DNA from: Leptonemataceae bacterium
GTDB lineage: Bacteria; Spirochaetota; Leptospiria; Leptospirales; Leptonemataceae
Reading direction: 5' to 3'
NCBI GenBank assembly: GCA_965227295.1
Contig: OZ245742.1
Span: forward strand, 928,001-992,000
Length of the DNA stretch: 64,000 nt
The notes beneath the pieces are model-generated. The model was not told where the DNA came from, ran no database searches, and saw only the letters and a list, made by a program, of their open reading frames with translations. This document shows positions 18,651-26,889 of this stretch, in pieces; the stretch's first letter is position 1; every line of letters starts with the position of its first letter. Position numbers and translations under genes: made by a program.

Positions 18651-19334
18651 ATGATTTGCCGCCTCATTTTACTAATATCATTTGGAACGACCTTAGCGAG
18701 TTGCAGCATGACGAACGCCCAATCCACCGTAAACTCCGAAATCGCCCGTCTGTCCGCGGACCCCGACTACGTCGACGTCAGCGAAATCGACGGCTTGATC
18801 CTGGACCTGCGCTACGCGTCTCCGAATAACTTCGTCGGCCGCGACGTTTACGGCGACTTCGATCGTTGCTTTTTACACCGCATCGCCGCGGAAAAACTAC
18901 AGGCGGCCGTAAAAAATCTGGGCTCCGCGAAACCCGGCTGGAAGTTCTTGATCTTCGATTGCCTGCGCCCGCGCACGGTGCAGCGAATTCTCTTCGAAAA
19001 AGTGAAAGGCACCGCCCAGGAAAAGTACGTCGCCGATCCGGACAAGGGCAGCATCCATAACTACGGCTTTGCCGTGGATCTTTCCCTGGCGGACGAACAC
19101 GGACGTGAGATCGACATGGGCACCGGCTTCGATTCGTTCGAGGCCGTCGCCGAACCGCGGCGGGAAGCGGAGTTCCTGAAGAGCGGCGAGCTCTCGCAGA
19201 CGCAAGTTGCAAATCGAATGATCTTACGCGATGCCATGACCGGCGCCGGCTTTATTCAGTTGCCGTACGAGTGGTGGCATTACGACGCCCTGCCGAAGAG
19301 CGACGTGCACGGCAAGTTTCGGATCGTGGAGTGA
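18651..19334 (+). CDS. D-Ala-D-Ala dipeptidase (M15D, VanX/DdpX-like), lipoprotein
   Basis: LRYASPNNFVG, FDCLRP, SIHNYGFAVD, EWWHY; lipobox LASC. Confidence 0.9.
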   Translation: MICRLILLISFGTTLASCSMTNAQSTVNSEIARLSADPDYVDVSEIDGLILDLRYASPNNFVGRDVYGDFDRCFLHRIAAEKLQAAVKNLGSAKPGWKFLIFDCLRPRTVQRILFEKVKGTAQEKYVADPDKGSIHNYGFAVDLSLADEHGREIDMGTGFDSFEAVAEPRREAEFLKSGELSQTQVANRMILRDAMTGAGFIQLPYEWWHYDALPKSDVHGKFRIVE

Positions 19335-19346
19335 GGGCGGCGCACG

Positions 19347-20564
19347 TCAGTGCGGACCGAAGTCCAGCTCCACGGCCGGCGGATACAGGCGCGGAAAGAG
19401 ATAGCCCACCATCTTGAGCGGGAACTTAACGAACACTGGACCGCGCGGGGTGTCCGAACCGAGATAGTTCTCATCGATCAGTTTCTTTAAGAGCCTCCGG
19501 GCGTTGCGTTCATGCAGGCCTGTAATACGGGCCACTTCGCCCCGGGGAATCGATCCGCGCAGAACGGCGTCGCGCAGAAAATGAAACGACTCCGGCGGCA
19601 TTCCGGATCGATTCACGTAGCGATGCAGGCGCTCGCACAGGCCGTCGAGTTCAAGCAGGTCACTCATGTAACGAACCTGATCGAGGCATGTCTCTAAAAA
19701 GTACATACAGAAATCCGCGAGTCCGCTTTCACTTAGTTTGCCGCGGCCGTCCAGGTCCCCCTTGCGCGGATGATCGGCGGCGGCCAGTTGGAATTTATAC
19801 GTATCGCCGCCGCGGGCCAATCCCCGTGACGGTGACCACAAACCGCCGCCATCCACGCCGGCTTTGATCAAACACGCGCGCGTAAACAATCGCGTAATCC
19901 GACCGTTGCCGTCCAGGAACGGATGAATCCAGGCGAGCCGGTGATGGGCCGCGGCCATGTACGCGATGCGAACGTCGTCGCGGATCGCCTTTGCATAGAA
20001 ATCGCGAAAGCGCTTCAAAAATTGCCGCAGGGCTCTCGGTGCCGGTGGATGATGCCGGCCGACCGTAACGTGATCGCTGCGAATCTTACCGGGAACCACC
20101 GTGGCGGCCTTCTTCGTCTCGGGGTCCTCCACGATTCGGTAGCGCCCGGGCAGACGCTCGTAAAACTCGCGGTGCAGCCAGCAGAGAAACTCCGCGCTGT
20201 ATACATCGAACTCCGGCTCCGCGGCCAGACGCCCTTCGAGGAGCATCTCCACATCGATATGCGCCTTGCCGATCAACACCAGGTCATATTCGCTGGAATG
20301 CTCCGGATACTCTTTCGACAGCGCGCGTTCGATCGATACCGGATGTGTATTGTGACCTTCGATGAGGTTCGAGTAGTACGAGTTCATGTTCCGCAGCAGG
20401 CTCGCCACATGCCAGCGCGTGAGCGGGTGCAACTTCGAACCGAGCGCGGAAGATTCCCGGGCCAGATCCCGGGCGACCTGGAGAATACGCTCGCGGCCGC
20501 GTTCCGGGAAGAGGGGCTCCATGGCGACGGGGAGCGAGGGAAATCTGTCCACTAATTTGGCCAC
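19347..20564 (-). CDS. Fic family protein with internal inhibitory helix and probable C-terminal wHTH
   Basis: HPFLDGNGRITR active-site motif; SNLIEG matches (S/T)xxxE(G/N). Confidence 0.92.
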   Translation of the reverse strand: MAKLVDRFPSLPVAMEPLFPERGRERILQVARDLARESSALGSKLHPLTRWHVASLLRNMNSYYSNLIEGHNTHPVSIERALSKEYPEHSSEYDLVLIGKAHIDVEMLLEGRLAAEPEFDVYSAEFLCWLHREFYERLPGRYRIVEDPETKKAATVVPGKIRSDHVTVGRHHPPAPRALRQFLKRFRDFYAKAIRDDVRIAYMAAAHHRLAWIHPFLDGNGRITRLFTRACLIKAGVDGGGLWSPSRGLARGGDTYKFQLAAADHPRKGDLDGRGKLSESGLADFCMYFLETCLDQVRYMSDLLELDGLCERLHRYVNRSGMPPESFHFLRDAVLRGSIPRGEVARITGLHERNARRLLKKLIDENYLGSDTPRGPVFVKFPLKMVGYLFPRLYPPAVELDFGPH

Positions 20565-20789
20565 TGCGGACTGGATCGAACGTCTCCAGAATCGTTATTT
20601 CAAGTAAAAATCTGGGAATTTCTCCAGGTGCCGGAAAAATCTCAACCACTAAATCGTCCTCTAATTCGAGCATGATTCAGAGCACGATACCCACTCTGCA
20701 ATATCAATGTCTACGGTTAGATCATCATGAGGCCCCGAAGCAAACCAATTGATATCAGCCATGAATCGTGCTGAATCGAACTCGTGCGA

Positions 20790-22364
20790 CTAAACATGAT
20801 GCAGCAAGAACCTCAGAATCGACCGCGTCGCAATGCCCGTCGCTTTATCGTCGCTGCTCATATCTCCACCGGCAATGTCCAGGTGAATCACCGGCCGATC
20901 TTCCGGGACACCATTCATTACGAACGCCGCGGCGGTCTGGGCCCCGCGCATCTTGCCCTGCATGGTGTTGATAATGTCCGCGCCGTCTAACTTAGAGGCG
21001 ATGTCCTCGAAATCCTCTTCCGCAAGATCCAGGACCTGCACCCGATCGCCCGCGCGGCGGGCCGCGGCTTCCATGCGGTCGCGCCAGGATTCGTGTTCGC
21101 GACGGCTCATGAGTGCAATCGACATGCCCACGGCGCGCGAGGCCGCGCCGGTGAGCGTGGCCGTGGTAACGATGGCTTCCGGCTCATCTTGCTCCGCCAT
21201 GGCAATGGCGTCGATCAATGTAAGTCGTCCTTCCGCGTCCGTGTGGCGAATCTCCACCTTCTTGCCGCAGGTCGTGTCGACGATGCTGTCCGGCAGCATG
21301 GCGTCGGCGTCGATCATATTCGGCGTGGCGGCGAGATAGGCGCGGACTTCCAGGCCGGGCGGCTTTAACTCTGACAGAGCGTACATTACGCCGAGAACCG
21401 CCGCGCCGCCGGCCATGTCCGCCTTCATGGTGTTCATGAATTCGCCGGGTTTGATTTGATAGCCGCCGGTATCGAAGATTACGGACTTGCCGACGAGGGC
21501 CAGGCGCCGTTTGATCTCACCCTGGGGTTTGTAGCGCAGACGAATCCACTTGGGCGGATCGCTGCTCAACGAACCGCGCGCCACCGTAAAGAAACACGGC
21601 ATGTGCTCCTGAATCCAGCGCACGTCCGAAACGACGTCCAGCTCCAGGCCGCGGGCTTCGAGACTCTCGGCCTCGTTCACCATCGTGTCGGTGCGCTTTA
21701 TGTTGGAAGGCATGTTCACGAGATCCTGCGTGATGCCCCGCGCTGTACACATCGCCGCGATTTCCGCAAGCATCTGCTGCGACTGCGCGGGCAGGTTCCC
21801 CTGCGCCACGTAAAAGATGACCTTACCGATGCGCGGCCCGTCTTTGCGCGCTTCCCGCGAACGATACGTATGCTGATAGATCGCGCTGCCCAGCGCAAGC
21901 AGCGCCGAATCGAAGGGCATATCCATGCCGGCCGCGACCACGCCGATCTCACCGATTTGATCCAGGCGCAAATGCGCGGACAGGGCCTTCGTACACGCCG
22001 CCTCCAGGCGGTGCGCCGGCAGATCGGCGTTGCCGCAACCGAAAACGATCACGCGTTTGGCGCCGATGCCCTGCAACATGGACGGCGACGGAAGATAGAG
22101 TGATTTGCCGAAGGCACCGCCGAAGCTTTCTTCTTCGAGGAAACTCTGTAGAGCGCCGTTGCTGCGTTCGTTGAGATCCTTGAGGGCGTCGTTCCATCTC
22201 ACGATGGTTTCGCCGGCGCTGTTCTTTTCAGTGAAGGCAGGAACCAACAGGACGTCGGCGGCGGCATCGGCCGGGCTCGCGGCAGTCGTGGTTTCGCGAA
22301 TGTCGAGATCAATGCGTGTAACGGGCATGGGATAACACTTTTCTAACGAAATGCTCACCGGCAA
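20790..22364 (-). CDS. pepA: Leucyl aminopeptidase (M17); start may be Met 22328
   Basis: LVGKSVIFDTGG, MKADMAGG, TDAEGRL, ATLTGA, HLDIAG. Confidence 0.88.
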   Translation of the reverse strand: MPVSISLEKCYPMPVTRIDLDIRETTTAASPADAAADVLLVPAFTEKNSAGETIVRWNDALKDLNERSNGALQSFLEEESFGGAFGKSLYLPSPSMLQGIGAKRVIVFGCGNADLPAHRLEAACTKALSAHLRLDQIGEIGVVAAGMDMPFDSALLALGSAIYQHTYRSREARKDGPRIGKVIFYVAQGNLPAQSQQMLAEIAAMCTARGITQDLVNMPSNIKRTDTMVNEAESLEARGLELDVVSDVRWIQEHMPCFFTVARGSLSSDPPKWIRLRYKPQGEIKRRLALVGKSVIFDTGGYQIKPGEFMNTMKADMAGGAAVLGVMYALSELKPPGLEVRAYLAATPNMIDADAMLPDSIVDTTCGKKVEIRHTDAEGRLTLIDAIAMAEQDEPEAIVTTATLTGAASRAVGMSIALMSRREHESWRDRMEAAARRAGDRVQVLDLAEEDFEDIASKLDGADIINTMQGKMRGAQTAAAFVMNGVPEDRPVIHLDIAGGDMSSDDKATGIATRSILRFLLHHV

Positions 22365-22450
22365 TTCTAAAAAAGAAGAACATCTCCATTTCCCCGCGGC
22401 TCTAAAAACGGTGGCAGGATCTCCTGCTTCTGCTAGAAACGCCCGGTATC

Positions 22451-22939
22451 ATGTCTCGACACTCGTACAGTCGCGTACGTTCTCTACGCTCCGGACGCTC
22501 GCGCTTCGCCGTCGTGAGTTTTGCAGTTCTGCTGCCGCTCGCCGTCTTCGCGCTACCGCCCATGCTGCCGCTGGAGCAGCGCGCCGCGGGTTCGGAGATC
22601 GTCATCGTCGCCCAGGTCAGCGACGTGCGCCGGGTCCCCTTCAACGAGATCAGCGAAAGCGTAACCGCCCGGGTAAAGGTCGAGCAAACGCTCAAGGGCG
22701 CGACGCCGCCGGAGTTTGAGCTGGCCTTCCTGGTTTTTCCGCAGACTTTTGAAAAACACCTGCGAAAGCCCATGGGCAACGGACGGTACATCCTCTTCTT
22801 AAACAATCGCACCGTCATCGACGCGGACGGCAACACCGGCGAGGCCATCGTTTTGTTCGAACCGCGGCCCTTTGCGTTTTTCCCGTACAATGAGCAGTCG
22901 CATCGGGAACTCGAGGAAATCATCGCCGCCTCCTCGTAA
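22451..22939 (+). CDS. Secreted hypothetical protein
   Basis: Signal peptide followed by a beta-rich domain (EIVIVAQV...ARVKVEQTLKG...YILFL). Confidence 0.65.
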   Translation: MSRHSYSRVRSLRSGRSRFAVVSFAVLLPLAVFALPPMLPLEQRAAGSEIVIVAQVSDVRRVPFNEISESVTARVKVEQTLKGATPPEFELAFLVFPQTFEKHLRKPMGNGRYILFLNNRTVIDADGNTGEAIVLFEPRPFAFFPYNEQSHRELEEIIAASS

Positions 22940-22992
22940 GCTCTAATATCACTTTAAACAAATCTAATCGAACTCGACCCAGGAGAAAGACC

Positions 22993-25458
22993 GTGATTCG
23001 AAACCGTCGTTACCCTCTACGCTTCATTCTGGCGGGAACAACCTTTGCCGCACTGTTGTTCACCGTTCCGCTACTAACCCAGGAAAGCTTCGACCCGAAC
23101 AGCGTGCAGCCCACCGGCTGCCAGGGCAAAGGCGGCAAGTACGACTGCGGCATGAAGCCGCCGTCCGCGGAACGCATGGCGTCGATCCCGCTGGCACCCT
23201 CGGCGCAAATTCGCCACCGCGGCCTGCCTTCGCGCGTGGACCTCAGCGGCAACATGCCGCCCATCGGCAACCAGGGTCAGCAGGGTTCCTGCGTCGCCTG
23301 GGCCACCGGCTACGCGCTGAAGTCGTATCACGAACGCGTGGAACGCAACTGGTCCTACGACTCGCCGGTTACCGGCGGTGCGGGCAATCGCGTCTTTTCT
23401 CCGGCGTACATCTACAATCAAATCAACGGCGGCCGGGACGACGGCTCGGTCATCGCCGACGCCCTCGCCCTGATGGTGCGCAGCGGCGCGGCTCCGTGGT
23501 CGGCAATGCCGTACAATCCCAACGACTATCGCACGCAACCGCCGCGGGCGGCGCATCAGGCGGCGGCAAACTATCGCGCGCAATCTTACAAACGCCTGGA
23601 AGCGCACAACATCGACAGCATCAAGGCTGAACTTTCCAAAGGCAACCCCGTGGTCTTCGGCATCGGTGTAGACGATGCGTTTTATCAGGTGAAGTCGGAA
23701 GTCTACGATCGCAACAGCGGGCAGTTCTACGGCGGTCACGCCATGACCCTGGTCGGCTACGACGACAGCAAGCGCTCGCCGAACGGACACAGCGGCGCGT
23801 TTAAGATGATCAACTCCTGGGGCACGTCCTGGGGCGACCGCGGCTATGCCTGGATTTCGTACCGCCACTGGGTGGCATCGCAGCCCTGGGCCCTGGTCAT
23901 GTATGATCGTACGGACAGCGACAACGATTCGCCGGACGAACCGGAACAACTCGAAGACCTCGACGACGAACAGTTGCAACCGCCGGCCCAGGTCAACGCC
24001 TCGCAGGGAACGTTTAAAGACAAGGTCGTGGTCAACTGGGCGCCGGTAAACGGGGCCGTGGTCTACGTCGTGGCCCGCGCCGAACCGACGAACCGCGACA
24101 ACTTCGAGTACGTCGGCTACGCGCAGGAGACCAGCTACGAGGACACCGCCGTTCAACCGGACGTCGCCTATCGTTACATCATCGTCGCCGCGGCGGATCG
24201 CGAGACGTACAGCGATCCGCAACGCTCGCCCATCGCCGAGGGTTACGCAAAGTCGCAACAGCAGGTTACGCGGCCGGGTCAGGTTACCGGTATCAACGCG
24301 CGTGTGAAGGCCGTCGCCGGTCGCGGCGCCGTTTCCATCAACTGGACCGACACCCCGGGCGCCACGAGTTATCAGGTCGTGCGTTACGACGCGCGTTCGA
24401 ACAAGTGGGCGGTCATCTCGCGCTCCACGCGCGGTACTTCGTTCTCCGATTCGAAACCGGTGGCCAACCAGACGAACTACTACAGCGTCCGCGCCGTGAA
24501 TCGCGCCGGCCAGGGCCCCTGGGGCGACCCCGCCTCGGTGGACATCGGCGGCCAGAGCACGGCACCGGAAATCCCGACGGGCATAACTGCAACTCAGGGT
24601 ACGTTTAAGTCGAAGATCGACGTCTCCTGGAACAGCGTGCCCGGCGCCTCGGCCTACTACGTCTTCCGTTACGATTATAACGAGGAAGAGTGGCAGGGAC
24701 CGAAGACCGTGACGTCCAACTCGTTCTCGGACGATCATCCGTCCGTGTCCAGCGGGGCGTGGTTCGCCTACATCGTCGTGGCGGGTAACGAGGCCGGCAA
24801 CAGCGACTACAGCGAACCCGTGCTCGGCAAAACGAATCCGAACGCCACTCGCGCGGGCATGGTCCTGCCGGCGCCGGAAGACGTGAAGGCGAAGATCGGC
24901 GAGGACGGCTCCATCACCATCTCCTGGAAGAAAGTGAAGGGCGCCGATGAGTACTACGTCTTCCGGAAAAAAGAGAAGGCCGACGAATACGAATTCGTGA
25001 CCGGCGTCCCCGGCCTGAAAGATCGCTACATTGAAAAGTTTCCGGGAGAACCCGGCGAACTCTACTACTATGTGATCCGCACCAAGTCGGCCCTCGGCGG
25101 TGAGTCCGAGAACTCCGAGGCCGTCGCCGGATTCATCAACAAGCAACGCGATGCCGTTCGCCATCGCTTCCTGCCCGGCAAGGGTATCGAGCGATTCACC
25201 GGTAAGTGGACGGCCATGTCCTGGTCCGGCGGCGCCCCGACTCAGTACGAGGCCGACATCTCCGCGAACGGCGGGGACTTTACGATCTCGATGCAGTCCG
25301 GCAAGGGCCGCGCGAAAACCTACAAGGGCAGCTACGTTTCCGAGAGTGACATCATGGAAACGAAGGACATCAAGCTGGTGCTAACTGATGTCGAGGGAAC
25401 GTTAGTCGCAACGATTTATGGACGAAACGACAAGACTGTTACGTTTACGCGGCAGTAA
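22993..25458 (+). CDS. Secreted C1A (papain-like) cysteine protease with about 4 fibronectin type III repeats
   Basis: QGQQGSCVAWA, GGHAMTLVGYDD, INSWGTSWGDRGY; repeated P..V.A.QG....I.V.W....GA..Y units. Confidence 0.9.
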   Translation: MIRNRRYPLRFILAGTTFAALLFTVPLLTQESFDPNSVQPTGCQGKGGKYDCGMKPPSAERMASIPLAPSAQIRHRGLPSRVDLSGNMPPIGNQGQQGSCVAWATGYALKSYHERVERNWSYDSPVTGGAGNRVFSPAYIYNQINGGRDDGSVIADALALMVRSGAAPWSAMPYNPNDYRTQPPRAAHQAAANYRAQSYKRLEAHNIDSIKAELSKGNPVVFGIGVDDAFYQVKSEVYDRNSGQFYGGHAMTLVGYDDSKRSPNGHSGAFKMINSWGTSWGDRGYAWISYRHWVASQPWALVMYDRTDSDNDSPDEPEQLEDLDDEQLQPPAQVNASQGTFKDKVVVNWAPVNGAVVYVVARAEPTNRDNFEYVGYAQETSYEDTAVQPDVAYRYIIVAAADRETYSDPQRSPIAEGYAKSQQQVTRPGQVTGINARVKAVAGRGAVSINWTDTPGATSYQVVRYDARSNKWAVISRSTRGTSFSDSKPVANQTNYYSVRAVNRAGQGPWGDPASVDIGGQSTAPEIPTGITATQGTFKSKIDVSWNSVPGASAYYVFRYDYNEEEWQGPKTVTSNSFSDDHPSVSSGAWFAYIVVAGNEAGNSDYSEPVLGKTNPNATRAGMVLPAPEDVKAKIGEDGSITISWKKVKGADEYYVFRKKEKADEYEFVTGVPGLKDRYIEKFPGEPGELYYYVIRTKSALGGESENSEAVAGFINKQRDAVRHRFLPGKGIERFTGKWTAMSWSGGAPTQYEADISANGGDFTISMQSGKGRAKTYKGSYVSESDIMETKDIKLVLTDVEGTLVATIYGRNDKTVTFTRQ

Positions 25459-25461
25459 TCC

Positions 25462-25577
25462 CCCGCCCGGTGGACCACCCCTCCTCCGCCGGCCGGTCGC
25501 AATCGCCATCCTGGCTTTAGCGACCGGCCGGCAGACCTCCTGTCTGCCTGGCGAAGAAGGGGTGGCACACGGGCGGG
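25462..25577 (-). repeat. Branched palindromic element A with GGA-loop hairpins on the minus strand
   Basis: Outer stem cccgcccg-gtg..ccacccct / aggggtgg..cac-gggcggg; inner stem gccggccggtcgc/gcgaccggccggc; hairpins at 25505-25515 and 25530-25548. Confidence 0.8.
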
Positions 25578-25673
25578 CCGACACCGCATAAACGATAAGG
25601 CCTGATCAGCCTGGTACACCGAATCTGCTCTCCGAATTCTTCGCACGGCAATCATTCAAAAAACCTTCCCGGC

Positions 25674-25862
25674 TTTTCTGAGATTCAACCGGCTCGCTCT
25701 TTCTATCAGCTCGTGTTGCCCACCCCTGCCTCGACAGGCGGGCATGGATGCCCGCCACCCCGGACGATAAGGCATGGACGCCGCTTCGGCCGGGGCGAGG
25801 CGGGGGTGGGCAGCACGAGCGCCTGATAGCAGAGCAGGCGAGCCGGTGGACTTTTCAGAAAA
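25674..25862 (+). repeat. Branched palindromic element B with GGA-loop hairpins on the plus strand
   Basis: Arms ttttctga..accggctcgc..ctatcag.ctcgtgttgcccacccctgcctcg / cgaggcgggggtgggcagcacgag..ctgatag..gcgagccggt..tcagaaaa; hairpins at 25737-25756 and 25771-25782. Confidence 0.8.
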
Positions 25863-26559
25863 ACGGATTCGCTTTTTTTTCTTCGAAGATCCGCGTAAAT
25901 TGACCGTGCCCGGGAATCACTGCTGTCCCATCATCCATTGTAAACAACCGCTCTTTGATGCTCTTGAAGATCAGATCCGTATCCCCGCCCGGCAGGTCCG
26001 TGCGGCCGATGCCCATGCGAAAGAGGGTGTCCCCCGAGAACACCAGTCCGGCCCCGTCCAGTTCGAAACAGCACGAACCCGGCGTGTGACCCGGCGTATG
26101 CAGAACGTTTAACTTTCCCTCTCCGAATTCTAAGCCTTCTTCATCGCTCAGGTGATGATTGATCGTTTCCTCCGCTTCCTGGACCGGCAGGCCGAACATC
26201 TTGCACTGGGCGGGGAGCGCGTTGTAGAGAAACATGTCGCCCTCGTGCAGCGCCACCCGTACGTCGACGGCCTTCGCATTTTGCTGCTCGCCGGCTTTCG
26301 CGGAACAACTGCGCGCGTGCTCCGCCACCTCGTGCGTGCCCAGCACGTGATCAAAGTGCGCATGCGTGTGCACGATCCAGCGGACCCGGGCTCCCTGCTC
26401 TTCCAGCAGCTCAATGATGCGCGGGGCCTCGCCGCCCGGATCGACGACGATCGCCTCCCGACTGCTTTTACAGATGAGAATGGAGCAGTTACAGCCCAGG
26501 GGCGCCACCGGGAAGGTGAAGAGTTCGAATTTATCGCTTGAGTTTCGTACGGCCTGCAT
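25855..26559 (-). CDS. MBL-fold metallo-hydrolase (glyoxalase II/YcbL-like)
   Basis: THAHFDH, HTPGHTPG, FSGDTLF..GIGRTDLPGG, PGHG. Confidence 0.92.
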   Translation of the reverse strand: MQAVRNSSDKFELFTFPVAPLGCNCSILICKSSREAIVVDPGGEAPRIIELLEEQGARVRWIVHTHAHFDHVLGTHEVAEHARSCSAKAGEQQNAKAVDVRVALHEGDMFLYNALPAQCKMFGLPVQEAEETINHHLSDEEGLEFGEGKLNVLHTPGHTPGSCCFELDGAGLVFSGDTLFRMGIGRTDLPGGDTDLIFKSIKERLFTMDDGTAVIPGHGQFTRIFEEKKANPFF

Positions 26560-26565
26560 AACGGA

Positions 26566-26889
26566 TTACAACGTGATCTTCAGTTTTTGGTCTATGTCCG
26601 GATTGGGCGCGGTTTTGAACAATAATACAAAACACGCCGTGGGCATGCGCTCCACCGGACAGGGCGTCGCGAGGATTTCTCCTTCGCAAAGCAGCACGTC
26701 CGGCTCCTGCACGTCGTACGGCACGAAGATCAAGAACGGCTGGGCCTGTTCGCAGGCGAGGAGTTTCGCCTGAAAGGCGGCGTTCACCCGCAACTGCGCG
26801 TCCCAGGCCCGCAGCACGTTATCGGTGCGGCTGCAATACGCAAACAGCAACACCGACAACACTAACACGATCGTGCGACGAACGGACAC
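26566..26889 (-). CDS. Small Cys-rich lipoprotein
   Basis: VSVRRTIVLVLSVLLFAYC lipobox plus four further Cys; GTG start inferred. Confidence 0.55.
   Translation of the reverse strand: MSVRRTIVLVLSVLLFAYCSRTDNVLRAWDAQLRVNAAFQAKLLACEQAQPFLIFVPYDVQEPDVLLCEGEILATPCPVERMPTACFVLLFKTAPNPDIDQKLKITL

Noticed and set aside
18651-19334. VanX-like gene as a vancomycin-resistance locus
   Set aside because: No vanH, vanA, vanR or vanS neighbours; a lipoprotein D,D-dipeptidase is a common cell-wall enzyme.
21225-21250. HTDAEGRL instead of NTDAEGRL in the M17 peptidase
   Set aside because: The metal-binding Asp and Glu and the catalytic Arg and Lys are retained, so this is likely neutral subfamily variation.
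23074-25164. 696-aa antisense ORF opposite the C1A protease
   Set aside because: It mirrors the sense frame of a gene with strongly GC-biased third positions and has no motifs, so it is treated as a shadow ORF.
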